Source: Clostridia bacterium
Lineage (GTDB): Bacteria; Bacillota; Clostridia; Christensenellales; CAG-917
Direction: 5' to 3'
Assembly: GCA_017618055.1 (NCBI GenBank)
Contig: JAFZVB010000005.1
Coordinates: 91,139 to 155,138, forward strand
DNA length: 64,000 bases
Shown here piece after piece: positions 1 to 8,662 of this stretch. The translations under genes and the position numbers were made by a program. A model generated the notes under the pieces. The model was not told where the DNA came from. It saw nothing but the letters and a program-made list of their open reading frames with translations, and did no database searches. How positions within the stretch are numbered: the first letter of the stretch is position 1; each line of letters opens with the position of its first letter.

Positions 1-286
1 GAGAGATTTTATATAGTTCCAAAGTCATGTCCGAAACAGATACTGGAACGTCCTTCTCTGCATTATTTACTTTGTATAAATCACTACCTTCAACAACAGG
101 AGAAATAACAGATTCATAACCATCTAATTCTTCATATATAGCTTTAGCTATTTTCTTTCCTTGTGTTCCTTCTGTCTTGACCGTTAAAGTAGTGCCAAAT
201 ACATAGAAATCGCTTGCCGAAGAACACCCGACAAGCAACGCTAATGTTAATATTAATATTAAGGATAGGAATAATCCCTTTTTCAT
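1..286 (-). CDS. ApbE-family FAD:protein FMN transferase lipoprotein, N-terminal part only (gene runs off the left edge)
   Basis: Reverse-strand ATG at 284-286 gives MKKGLFLSLILILTLALLVGCSSASDFYVFGTTLTVK...SPVVEGSDLYKVNNAEKDVPVSVSDMTLELYKIS. It has an LVGC lipobox, and the FGT..L.V and S.L..VN pattern resembles ApbE N-termini. It is absent from the ORF track because no stop lies in the window. Confidence 0.5.
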   Translation of the reverse strand, partial: MKKGLFLSLILILTLALLVGCSSASDFYVFGTTLTVKTEGTQGKKIAKAIYEELDGYESVISPVVEGSDLYKVNNAEKDVPVSVSDMTLELYKIS

Positions 287-292
287 TTACTC

Positions 293-1150
293 TTATTTCT
301 TTGTATAAATGAGTCCGTATGTCTTTGGACCACAGTGAGCACCAATGACTGGACCAACTTCTAGTTGAACGATGTTTGCATTTGGAGCAATGGCCTTAAC
401 TCTTACAGCAATCTCTTCTCTAACTTCGTCACAGTCTGCGCCAAGAACGTATATTGGAGCATTATCAAAATCTTTATATGTACTTGCAAATTGGTCTATA
501 ACATAAGACATTGCCTTCTTGGATCCGTTTTGTTTTGCTATAACATTAAGTTCACCATCTCTTGTAGAAAGAATTGGCTTAACTTGCATGAAATTACCAA
601 TTGCAGCTTTAGCTGGAGATAATCTTCCTCCTCTTGCTAAATACTTGAGATTTTCAACAACGAATAATATCTCTGCATGTGCCCTAACTTCTTCTAAGTA
701 TTTTAAAGTTGCATCTATATCTTTATTATGTGAATTAAAGAATCTTGCACCAAGTTCAACAATGATTCCAGCACCAACACAAATGCTTTGTGTATCAAAT
801 CTTTCAAATCTTACCTTTGGATATTTTGCTTTTAAATTTTCAATTGCTAAATCTAAGAAATTGAATGTTGAAGACATCTTTGTTGAGAAAGAAACATAAA
901 GTATATCCTCTCCTTTTGCAAAGTATGGTTCAAATAAGTTTGTATAATATGCTTCATTTTGTGCAGATGTGCTTGCTACTGAGCCTGCTTCCATCTTCTT
1001 GAAGAAGCCCTTTAAGTCTGTCTTTTCGCCGAAATCGTAAAGATATTCTTCTCCGTCTATTGTGTATGGCATTTGAATTACACCCATTCCGAGTTCCTTA
1101 ACTGTTGTATACCATAATTCACAATCTGTATCACAAAAATATACTGCCAT
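293..1150 (-). CDS. DegV-family fatty-acid-binding protein
   Basis: 285 aa. The length and sequence pattern (MAVYFCDTDCELW..., GPVIGAHCGP near the C-terminus) are typical of DegV. AGGAG lies upstream of the ATG. Confidence 0.85.
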   Translation of the reverse strand: MAVYFCDTDCELWYTTVKELGMGVIQMPYTIDGEEYLYDFGEKTDLKGFFKKMEAGSVASTSAQNEAYYTNLFEPYFAKGEDILYVSFSTKMSSTFNFLDLAIENLKAKYPKVRFERFDTQSICVGAGIIVELGARFFNSHNKDIDATLKYLEEVRAHAEILFVVENLKYLARGGRLSPAKAAIGNFMQVKPILSTRDGELNVIAKQNGSKKAMSYVIDQFASTYKDFDNAPIYVLGADCDEVREEIAVRVKAIAPNANIVQLEVGPVIGAHCGPKTYGLIYTKK

Positions 1151-1239
1151 AAAATGTATCTCCTATACATAAAACGATTTTATGTATAAATCATAATAAA
1201 ATAACTTTTCTTTGTCAAACCTAAACTCTTTCACAATTC

Positions 1240-1268
1240 TTGACACTTCCCTTTAATTCATATAATAT
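1240..1268 (+). promoter_or_regulatory. Sigma-70 type promoter abutting the ATG of the 1275 lipoprotein gene
   Basis: TTGACA at 1240-1245, a 17-nt spacer, and TAATAT at 1263-1268 (TATAAT also readable at 1261-1266). Only 6-8 nt separate it from the ATG and there is no SD. Confidence 0.4.
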
Positions 1269-1274
1269 TTTTAT

Positions 1275-1709
1275 ATGAAGAAAAAATTATTGCCTATTTT
1301 ATTATCCTTGTTTTTGGTAGTTATGCTTGTAGTCATGACTTCCTGTATAGGTTCTACATTAGTAGAAAAGAATGTTAAGAATCGTCTTAAGGATGAAGGA
1401 TACACCGTAAAGAATATCACAAACTGTGCTATAACAGATGGTTGGAATGTGCCAGATGAAAATGGTAATGCTCCAGCAAATCTTGGAACAATGTTGTATG
1501 GTACACTAAATCCTGTAACAGATGATGAAGGCAATGTAACATATGAACACGAAATTTGGATTATATATGCAAAAGATATGGACTCTGCTAAATGGGTAGA
1601 AGCAAAAGGTAAAGAAAAAGCAAAAGAAACTGGTCTCTCTATTTACAGACACGAAAAAATAATTATTTACGGGGATTTACCTTCGGTACAAATTGCAAGG
1701 GGATATTAA
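1275..1709 (+). CDS. Small lipoprotein, function unknown
   Basis: 144 aa. It has a signal peptide with a lipobox-like cysteine (MKKKLLPILLSLFLVVMLVVMTSC). I recognise no family motif. Confidence 0.65.
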   Translation: MKKKLLPILLSLFLVVMLVVMTSCIGSTLVEKNVKNRLKDEGYTVKNITNCAITDGWNVPDENGNAPANLGTMLYGTLNPVTDDEGNVTYEHEIWIIYAKDMDSAKWVEAKGKEKAKETGLSIYRHEKIIIYGDLPSVQIARGY

Positions 1710-2851
1710 TTCCCCTTTTTTAATCTCTCTACAATACTCTTAATAGACTTAATTGTTGTATCTATTTCTTCAACTGTATTGTCTTTTCCAATACTAAATC
1801 TAACTGTTCTCTTTGAATCCTCTTCACTAAGACCAATTCCTAATAATGTTCTAGATGGTTTGTCTGAAGCTGCTGCACATGCAGAACCTGCACTTGCTTC
1901 AACTCCTGCTATATCTAAATTATGAAGAACTATTCCCGGTAAAGTATCCTTAAATAATACGGACAAAGTTCCTGGCAATACATTATTTCCATTTACTATT
2001 CCGTTAAATGCAATATTTTCATCTTTAATACTCTGTATTAACTTTGCCTTTAATTTCTTAATATATGTATTGTTTTGCTCTATATCTTTAACGGCAATTT
2101 CTAAAGCTTTTGCCATACCAACTGTGAGATACACTGGAGTTGTTCCTCCTCTCTTTCCTCTCTCTTGTTCACCACCATTAATTAAAGAGTCTATTTTAAC
2201 TCCTTCCTTAACATATAATGCACCAATTCCCTTTGGTCCATAGAACTTATGGCCAGACATTGAAAGAAGGTCTACACCTAATTCTTTTACATCATATTTA
2301 ATAGTCCCTGTTGCTTGAACTGCATCTGTATGGAATAAGATATTGTTTGCATGTGCTATCTCACAAATTTCTTTAATTGGCTCTATAGTTCCTATCTCGT
2401 TATTTGCAAACATTACACTAATTAAAATGGTGTCTTTTCTTATAGCATTCTCAATATCTTCAATGGAAACTAAACCTTCTTTGTTAACCTTTAAATAAGT
2501 AATATCAAAGCCTTCTTTTTTAAGCCATTCGCAAGCATTGAATACTGCTGGGTGTTCTATCTCAGTTGTTATAATGTGTTTTCCTTTTTGCTTATTAGCA
2601 AAAGCAACACCCTTTATAGTCCAAGAATCTGCTTCTGAACCACTTGCTGTAAAATATATTTCACTAGATTTAGCACCTATACACTTTGCTATTGTATCCC
2701 TTGCACTAAGTACTGCATTTCCACTTTCTTGTCCAAGAAAATGTGTAGAGTCTGCATTAGCAAAATACTCTGTCATATAAGGTTGCATTGCACTTAATGC
2801 TTCCTTGCAGAGTGGCGTTGTAGCTGCATGATCTAAATATATTCTCTTCAT
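1706..2851 (-). CDS. Cysteine desulfurase (NifS/IscS-type class V aminotransferase)
   Basis: 381 aa. It has IYLDHAATTP, the PLP-lysine motif SGHKFYGPKG, and an active-site Cys loop SAGSAC. Confidence 0.85.
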   Translation of the reverse strand: MKRIYLDHAATTPLCKEALSAMQPYMTEYFANADSTHFLGQESGNAVLSARDTIAKCIGAKSSEIYFTASGSEADSWTIKGVAFANKQKGKHIITTEIEHPAVFNACEWLKKEGFDITYLKVNKEGLVSIEDIENAIRKDTILISVMFANNEIGTIEPIKEICEIAHANNILFHTDAVQATGTIKYDVKELGVDLLSMSGHKFYGPKGIGALYVKEGVKIDSLINGGEQERGKRGGTTPVYLTVGMAKALEIAVKDIEQNNTYIKKLKAKLIQSIKDENIAFNGIVNGNNVLPGTLSVLFKDTLPGIVLHNLDIAGVEASAGSACAAASDKPSRTLLGIGLSEEDSKRTVRFSIGKDNTVEEIDTTIKSIKSIVERLKKGN

Positions 2852-4104
2852 TACTTTCTTACTTGTCCGTTTCCGTATACTACATACTTAACACTTGTGA
2901 GCTCTTTTAATGCCACAGGACCTCTTACATGTAGCTTTTGTGTACTAATTCCCATTTCTGCTCCAAGTCCAAACTCAAAGCCATCTGTGAACCTTGTGGA
3001 AGCATTGACATAAACTGCTGCTGCATCTACATACTTTGTGAAGTAATCTTCTGCTTCTCTATTATTTGTAATAATAGCCTCAGAATGTTTTGTGCTGTAT
3101 TTGTTAATCATATCTACAGCTTCCTTAACTCCACTAACTACTGCAAAAGTAATCTTGTATGCTAAAAACTCTGTGTCAAAATCTACATCTGTTGCAAGTG
3201 GAATATCTTTTAATATTGCACAAGCTTTTTCATCTCCAAGAATTTCAACATTGAGTTTCTTAAGTTCACTATATATAACTGGTAAATATGTTTTTGCAAT
3301 TGCTTCATCTACTATCAAATGTTCTGCTGCATTACATACGTGTGGTCTTTGTACCTTAGCATTGATAACAATCTTTGTTGCCATATCTAAGTCTGCACTC
3401 TTTTCTACGTATACATGGCAGTTTCCACCAGCACTAGCAATAACTGGCATTACAGCATTATCTAAAACATAATGTTTTAGTCCTTCGCCACCTCTTGGGA
3501 TAACAACATCGATGCTGTCTCCTTGGTGCAACATAATTCCACCTGCTTCTCTATCTGGAGAATCTATGAAACCAATAACATCTGGATTCTCACCAACATT
3601 CTCTATTGCCTTAGCCATGAGTTTGTATAATGCTCTGTTGCTATTTAAGGATTCTCTGCTTCCTCTTAATACAACACCATTACCAGACTTCAAACAAAGT
3701 GCAGCTGCATCTATTGTTACATTTGGTCTTGCTTCATATATAATTCCAACAACACCGAGAGGTGCTCTAACTCTTGTTATATTTAATCCGTTTTCTAAAG
3801 TCCTATCTTCAACAACTTCTCCAACAGGATCTGGAAGTGCAACGATTTGGCGTACACCCTCTGCCATAAGTTCAATACGGGCATCTGTGAGAGTTAATCT
3901 ATCTAAGAATGTTTCATCTCTGCCAGCTTCTGTTGCAATCTTAATATCTTTCTTGTTTTCTTCCTTAAGAGCTGCGATGTAATCTTTGTTGCTTAAAAGA
4001 GAAACTATCTCGTTTAAGATAGCATTCTTTTTCTCTGTGCTCATACCTGCTAATTGGTATGATGCTTGTTTTGTTTTTTTACAAATTAATTCAACGTCTA
4101 TCAT
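2851..4104 (-). CDS. proA: Gamma-glutamyl phosphate reductase
   Basis: 417 aa. The aldehyde-dehydrogenase-like ProA pattern is present (PLGVVGIIYEARPNVT, NAKVQRPHVCNAAE, NASTRFTDGFEFGLGAE). Confidence 0.9.
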   Translation of the reverse strand: MIDVELICKKTKQASYQLAGMSTEKKNAILNEIVSLLSNKDYIAALKEENKKDIKIATEAGRDETFLDRLTLTDARIELMAEGVRQIVALPDPVGEVVEDRTLENGLNITRVRAPLGVVGIIYEARPNVTIDAAALCLKSGNGVVLRGSRESLNSNRALYKLMAKAIENVGENPDVIGFIDSPDREAGGIMLHQGDSIDVVIPRGGEGLKHYVLDNAVMPVIASAGGNCHVYVEKSADLDMATKIVINAKVQRPHVCNAAEHLIVDEAIAKTYLPVIYSELKKLNVEILGDEKACAILKDIPLATDVDFDTEFLAYKITFAVVSGVKEAVDMINKYSTKHSEAIITNNREAEDYFTKYVDAAAVYVNASTRFTDGFEFGLGAEMGISTQKLHVRGPVALKELTSVKYVVYGNGQVRK

Positions 4105-4124
4105 ATTCCACTTCCTTATTGCTA

Positions 4125-4154
4125 ATTATAATCTTTTTTAAGATTTAATTGCAA
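4125..4154 (-). promoter_or_regulatory. Candidate promoter for proA
   Basis: On the minus strand: TTGCAA (4149-4154), an 18-nt spacer, TATAAT (4125-4130), then an AAGGAAG SD before the ATG. Confidence 0.35.
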
Positions 4155-4155
4155 T

Positions 4156-4184
4156 AAAAAAATGGCCTAGGAAAACCTAAGCCA
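4156..4184 (-). terminator. Rho-independent terminator after the 4208-5176 gene
   Basis: Minus-strand hairpin UGGCUUAGG-UUUUC-CCUAGGCCA (9 bp with one G-U) followed by UUUUUUUAUU. Confidence 0.6.
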
Positions 4185-4207
4185 ATTTTATGTTTTAATA
4201 ATATGTA

Positions 4208-5176
4208 TTATGCCTCACTATGTAACTTAGCAAATTTAGCAGACTTGCCATCTAAAATAGCAAAATCTTGTTCTGTTGGTTTTTCTTTAATACCCTCTGC
4301 CATAAAGTTACGTAATACACCAACTAAGATGAATGGACGTACAAATACGGAATGAATAATACCATACATTACCAATCCAATAACTGCTGCAATAACTAAA
4401 GCAAGGTTTCCTGGTACTGTTAACCATTCTGGATTTGAGCTTTCTCCTCTTGCTGCTGCTTCTGCTATTTCATTTGCCAAAGGTGCAAAGAGATCTGGAT
4501 TGAGTTGGAATAATCCGTATGCGATACCAAAGAATGCTCCGCCAACAATTACAAGTGATATAAAACTAATTATGAAAATTCTTCCTATGTTACGCACTAA
4601 TGTCTTTCCATGCTTAAAGAATATTGCTGCGCCTTCACATGCTGCCCTTGCTGTTCCTGTGTTCTTGTTGTACATTACCCAACCTAAACAACAATCTGCA
4701 AGATAACTAATAACAGTTTGAATTGCTGAGTCTATTGCTGACATAATTCCACCACCAACATCTCCACCAACTGCTTGGCCAAAACGTGTGAATGTTCTAC
4801 CAATTTGTCTAAAGACGCCCTTTATTGCATTAATGACAAAGAAGAATGCTGTGAGTTTCCCAAATCTTCCCTTAACTTCTTCTAATCCTGCTTTGAATGG
4901 TGCATCTGGTAATTCATCATCTGTGACACCTTTTGCCATCATGCCAATTTGTCCAGCTTTAACTCTATTTGTTATAAATATTTTTATAACAACTGAAATG
5001 ATAATACCTACTATAAGACCAATTATTAAACCAATGATTGCCATATCTGTTGACTTATCCAATGCAAAGAATCCTGCGATTGCAAGACCTGCAACGACTA
5101 CAAGACTTAAGACATCTATACAGAATAAGATTAACGAGAATGATAATGTCTTTTTGTATACTTGAAAATTTGTCAT
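4208..5176 (-). CDS. Multi-pass membrane protein, function unknown
   Basis: 322 aa with several long hydrophobic segments. AGGAG SD upstream. I recognise no family motif. Confidence 0.65.
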   Translation of the reverse strand: MTNFQVYKKTLSFSLILFCIDVLSLVVVAGLAIAGFFALDKSTDMAIIGLIIGLIVGIIISVVIKIFITNRVKAGQIGMMAKGVTDDELPDAPFKAGLEEVKGRFGKLTAFFFVINAIKGVFRQIGRTFTRFGQAVGGDVGGGIMSAIDSAIQTVISYLADCCLGWVMYNKNTGTARAACEGAAIFFKHGKTLVRNIGRIFIISFISLVIVGGAFFGIAYGLFQLNPDLFAPLANEIAEAAARGESSNPEWLTVPGNLALVIAAVIGLVMYGIIHSVFVRPFILVGVLRNFMAEGIKEKPTEQDFAILDGKSAKFAKLHSEA

Positions 5177-5220
5177 TTTGTCTTTCTCCTTTTTGAGATA
5201 ATTAATTATATCAATAATTT

Positions 5221-5252
5221 AAAAAAACTCCAATGTTAAAAAACACGGGAGT
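5221..5252 (-). terminator. Probable terminator after yebC
   Basis: Minus-strand hairpin ACUCC(C)GUG-loop-CAU(U)GGAGU followed by a 7-U run. Confidence 0.45.
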
Positions 5253-5280
5253 CTTTTCAACTACTAATTAAACATAGAAA

Positions 5281-6024
5281 TTAGTCTTCGTCATCACCAA
5301 TAGTAATCTCTGCATTATGATATACGTTTTGTACGTCATCATTTTCTTCGAGAATATCTATCATCTTTAAAAGTGTTTCTTGTTGATGTTCATCTGGATG
5401 TGCCATTGAATCTGGAATCATTGTAACTTCTGCTGAAATCATCTTAATTCCTACGTTTTCAAATGCTTCTCTAACTGTTGCGAAATCACCAGGTGCGGTA
5501 TAAACGATATATACTTCATCATCATCTGAATTCATATCTTCTGCACCAGCATCCATAACTGCCATCATTAAGTCATCTTCTTCGATGTCGCTCTTTGCGA
5601 TAACGATTTCACCTTTCTTATGGAACATATAAGATACACAGCCTGAGTTTCCTAAAGATCCACCAAATTTATCGAAAGCATGTCTTACATCGCCAGCTGT
5701 TCTATTTTTGTTGTCTGTTAATGTTTCAACGATACATGCAACACCACCTACTCCGTATCCTTCATAAGTGTTTTCTTCATAGTTAATTGAACCTAATTCA
5801 CCAGATGCCTTCTTAATGCTACGATTGATATTGTCATTAGGCATATTGTTTGCTTTTGCTTTAGCAATAACGTTACGAAGTTCACTATTTGATGCTGGAT
5901 CTGCTCCACCATTCTTAACTGCGATTGCTATTTCACGACCAATTTTTGTGAATACGTTGGCACGTGCTGCGTCTGCTTTACCTTTCTTTTGTGCTATGTT
6001 ATGCCATTTTGAATGTCCACTCAT
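5281..6024 (-). CDS. yebC: YebC/PmpR-family transcriptional regulator
   Basis: 247 aa. The N-terminus [27 protein letters not shown] is the family hallmark. Confidence 0.9.
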   Translation of the reverse strand: MSGHSKWHNIAQKKGKADAARANVFTKIGREIAIAVKNGGADPASNSELRNVIAKAKANNMPNDNINRSIKKASGELGSINYEENTYEGYGVGGVACIVETLTDNKNRTAGDVRHAFDKFGGSLGNSGCVSYMFHKKGEIVIAKSDIEEDDLMMAVMDAGAEDMNSDDDEVYIVYTAPGDFATVREAFENVGIKMISAEVTMIPDSMAHPDEHQQETLLKMIDILEENDDVQNVYHNAEITIGDDED

Positions 6025-6025
6025 A

Positions 6026-6775
6026 TTAACCCTCTCTTACACTATACATTGCAATAGCTGCTGCTATGGAAACGTTTAGTGATTCAATATTATTTTTCAT
6101 TGGTATGGAAATTGTTTTTGCTACGTTTTCTCTAATCTCTTTAGATATGCCGTGAGCTTCAGAACCCATTATAAGTGTTACTGGTGCTACTGGCTTCTCT
6201 TCTAGAATATTGTCTCCACTCATGTCCAAACAAATACTCTTGGTCTTTTTAGCAACCTCTAGTGCTTGTTCTAGTGTTACATTGTATATTCTGATTCTAA
6301 AGATTCCACCTAGAGTTGATCTTATAACCTTTGGAGAATAAACATCTACACAATTATATAAATATAAATCTTCAAATCCACTAGCTGCTGCTGTTCTGAT
6401 TATTGTTCCGAGGTTCCCTGCATCTGACACCTTATCTAAGATAAGAGCATTGCCTTTTGGAAGAGCGAAACTATTTTCTTTTTTCTCACAAACAGCAACT
6501 ATACCATATGGTGTTTTAGTATCTGTTATCTTCTCTATGATTTGCTCTGTTACTTGATATTCTTTTACTCCAGTAAACCTTTGAGCGATACTTGTTGCTT
6601 CTTGCTCTCTTTCTTCAGTAGCGAATATATATTTCACCACCACGTCATTTGGCATATCTTTTAAAAGATTAATTCCCTCTGCCAAAAACAATCCATTTTC
6701 TTCTCTACCTTTCTTATCTAGAAGGGATTGAGCAAGTTTTACAAATTGATTCTGACTAGAGGTTATTATTTCCAT
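6026..6775 (-). CDS. TrmH/SpoU-family RNA 2'-O-methyltransferase (YsgA-like)
   Basis: 249 aa with SpoU motifs ([45 protein letters not shown]). Its position after rplT matches B. subtilis ysgA. Confidence 0.8.
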   Translation of the reverse strand: MEIITSSQNQFVKLAQSLLDKKGREENGLFLAEGINLLKDMPNDVVVKYIFATEEREQEATSIAQRFTGVKEYQVTEQIIEKITDTKTPYGIVAVCEKKENSFALPKGNALILDKVSDAGNLGTIIRTAAASGFEDLYLYNCVDVYSPKVIRSTLGGIFRIRIYNVTLEQALEVAKKTKSICLDMSGDNILEEKPVAPVTLIMGSEAHGISKEIRENVAKTISIPMKNNIESLNVSIAAAIAMYSVREG

Positions 6776-6779
6776 TTAA

Positions 6780-7130
6780 TTATGCTGCTGCTTTTGCTTT
6801 TTCACAAAGGCTTGTGAATGTTGCTGGATCTGAGATAGCGATTTCACTTAAAACTTTTCTGTTTAAGTCTATTCCTGCAACCTTTAATCCGTGCATAAGT
6901 CTAGAATAGCTGAGACCATTCATTCTTGCTGCTGCGTTGATACGTACTATCCACATTGAACGGAAGTCTCTCTTCTTATTCTTTCTGCCAACGTATGCAT
7001 ACATTCCTGAACGCATAACTTGTTCTTTAGCTAAACGATATTGATTGTGTTTTGCACCGTAGTAGCCCTTTGCTACTCTCATTATTTTTCTACGCTTCTT
7101 AACTGCGTTAACGCCTCTTTTAATTCTCAT
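6780..7130 (-). CDS. rplT: 50S ribosomal protein L20
   Basis: 116 aa, [17 protein letters not shown]... Confidence 0.95.
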   Translation of the reverse strand: MRIKRGVNAVKKRRKIMRVAKGYYGAKHNQYRLAKEQVMRSGMYAYVGRKNKKRDFRSMWIVRINAAARMNGLSYSRLMHGLKVAGIDLNRKVLSEIAISDPATFTSLCEKAKAAA

Positions 7131-7142
7131 AATAGACCTCCA

Positions 7143-7340
7143 TTATTTGTATGGTAATAATCTTCTCATTTCTTTCTCTCTTGTCTTATCGACGTAATCG
7201 ATTGAATCGAGTCTGTTCTTTCTCTTTCTGGTCTTCTTTGTTAAAAGATGACTGTGTGCTGAATGGCCTCTTGTGAAACGGCCTGTTGCTGTTTTGCCAA
7301 AACGCTTTTTTGCGCCACTGTGTGTTTTTACCTTAGGCAT
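7143..7340 (-). CDS. rpmI: 50S ribosomal protein L35
   Basis: 65 aa, [14 protein letters not shown]... Confidence 0.95.
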   Translation of the reverse strand: MPKVKTHSGAKKRFGKTATGRFTRGHSAHSHLLTKKTRKRKNRLDSIDYVDKTREKEMRRLLPYK

Positions 7341-7376
7341 AGTTCTTTGCCTCCTATATATAATTATTTTGTTTTT

Positions 7377-7895
7377 TTATTTTTTTGATGCAGGTGCAAG
7401 TGTTACTGCAATCATTCTTCCCTCTTGTTTTAATGGCTTCTCTATTGAACAAGAATCACCAACCAATTCGAGGTATTTTTCCATGATTTTCATTGCGATT
7501 TCAGGATGAGCTTGTTCTCTTCTTCTTAAGAGAATAGATGCTCTAACCTTATCTCCGTCTTCAAGGAATTTTACTGTTTGCTTTGCAAGTCTTGATAAGT
7601 CTCCGATATCTATAACTGCTGACAAACGAACCTCCTTGGTTTGGATTATACGTTGATTCTTCTTTTGGTCCTTCTCTCTCTTTTGTTGTTCATAGCGATA
7701 TTTACCATAATCCATCAACTTACATGTTGCTGGCGGTGGTGCATTATCTGATGAAACTTTTGCGAGATCTAATCCAGCCTCTTTTGCTATTTTCATAGCT
7801 TCTTGGATTGAGACAACACCTAATTGAGTACCATCTGCTCCGATGAGACGTACTTCTTTGTCTCTAATCTGTTGGTTAATAAGCAACTCTTTTAT
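7377..7895 (-). CDS. infC: Translation initiation factor IF-3, probably starting at a non-canonical ATA
   Basis: IF-3 sequence (INQQIRDKEVRLIG..., MDYGKYRYEQQK). The ORF track starts at TTG 7886, which is 17 nt from the GGAGGG SD (7903-7908). An in-frame ATA at 7893-7895 sits 7 nt after the SD. Confidence 0.85.
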   Translation of the reverse strand: MKELLINQQIRDKEVRLIGADGTQLGVVSIQEAMKIAKEAGLDLAKVSSDNAPPPATCKLMDYGKYRYEQQKREKDQKKNQRIIQTKEVRLSAVIDIGDLSRLAKQTVKFLEDGDKVRASILLRRREQAHPEIAMKIMEKYLELVGDSCSIEKPLKQEGRMIAVTLAPASKK

Positions 7896-7910
7896 AGTAG
7901 TGCCCTCCTG

Positions 7911-8025
7911 AAATTAAAAATTGAGTTACACAAAGTAACCCAATAATCCTATATAAAATATTCAAAATTTTATGTAGAAAACCATTTTGTCTAGGACTGA
8001 TGGTGCAAGGTTATCTTTGCTTCAC
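7911..8025 (-). promoter_or_regulatory. infC-rpmI-rplT leader with a terminator-like attenuator hairpin (candidate L20 leader)
   Basis: About 130-nt leader between the predicted promoter and the infC SD. The minus-strand hairpin GGGUUAC-UUUGU-GUAACUC (7923-7941) is followed by AAUUUUUAAUUU. L20-mediated attenuation of this operon is known in Bacillus, but I did not verify the L20-binding fold. Confidence 0.35.
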
Positions 8026-8032
8026 GTGTTAT

Positions 8033-8061
8033 ATATTATTTAAAATACTAAATAATGTCAA
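8033..8061 (-). promoter_or_regulatory. Candidate promoter of the infC operon
   Basis: On the minus strand: TTGACA (8056-8061), a 17-nt spacer, TAATAT (8033-8038). Confidence 0.45.
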
Positions 8062-8159
8062 CTAAAAATATACTAATCTTTTTATGATTTAATTCTCTTC
8101 TTGTGGTTTCAATTGCTTATATGCTTCCATCATTTCTTCTCTAGTTGTTGTGTCAAATA

Positions 8160-8189
8160 TTGGCATTTTCTAGCAAATTGTGATATAAT
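8160..8189 (+). promoter_or_regulatory. Candidate extended -10 promoter for the 8222 gene
   Basis: TTGGCA (8160-8165), an 18-nt spacer ending in TGA, then TATAAT (8184-8189), which reads as TGnTATAAT. Confidence 0.45.
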
Positions 8190-8221
8190 TTTTGCAACAA
8201 TTATGATTTTGGAGGCAAATT

Positions 8222-8587
8222 ATGAATATTAAAGGTGAATACTCATATGCAAAAGATTTTACAGCAAGTTACTCAAACGGTGTTGTTGGGGGTTTCAGAA
8301 CACCAGATGAATTAGTTATTAATTTCTACAACGAAACAGTTACCCTTCCAAAAAGTTTTGATTTAGCTGTAGATGAAGTAACACATACAGTTAAGGAAAA
8401 TGGCATTAGAACATCTCAAATCACAAGAAATATTACCTGCCAAGTAACAATGAATAAGGATGCAGCAATTAAACTCAGAGACTGGTTAAATCAAAATATT
8501 GAACGTATCTCCAACCCAAAGAAAAAGAATGACGGTGATGATGGAGACGATACACCAACTGTAAATATTTCTGGATTATTCAACTAA
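8222..8587 (+). CDS. DUF3467-like small protein with an acidic D/G-rich tail
   Basis: 121 aa with a GGAGG SD. The pattern YSNGVVGGFRTPDELVINF ... VTMNKDAAIKLRDWLNQNIERI resembles the DUF3467 consensus as I remember it. Confidence 0.5.
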   Translation: MNIKGEYSYAKDFTASYSNGVVGGFRTPDELVINFYNETVTLPKSFDLAVDEVTHTVKENGIRTSQITRNITCQVTMNKDAAIKLRDWLNQNIERISNPKKKNDGDDGDDTPTVNISGLFN

Positions 8588-8611
8588 TAAATATATTATA
8601 TATATTTAAAA

Positions 8612-8647
8612 AAGGAGGTATCTTAACTGATATCTCCTTTATTTATT
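8612..8647. terminator. Bidirectional rho-independent terminator between the 8222 gene and thrS
   Basis: AAGGAGGTATC-TTAACT-GATATCTCCTT (11 bp with one G-U on the plus strand), flanked by an A-run upstream and T-rich sequence downstream. Confidence 0.7.
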
Positions 8648-8662
8648 AGGTTTGATTAGTAA

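Noticed and set aside
365-899. Plus-strand ORFs (365-622, 519-899) and the many similar 60-210 aa ORFs in the track lying antisense to long genes, for example 2538-2780, 3092-3982, 16058-16465, 17619-18248, 24518-25009, 26824-27423, 53676-54284
   Set aside because: They lie wholly inside well-supported genes on the opposite strand. Their compositions are low-complexity (S/L/F/I-rich), as expected from reverse-complemented AT-rich coding sequence. They have no SD and no recognisable motifs.
8089-8166. A 25-codon minus-strand sORF (MPIFDTTTREEMMEAYKQLKPQEEN) in the infC / 8222 intergenic region
   Set aside because: It has no SD, and its ATG sits on the -35 box of the plus-strand promoter. There is nothing to separate it from chance in a 330-nt AT-rich spacer.
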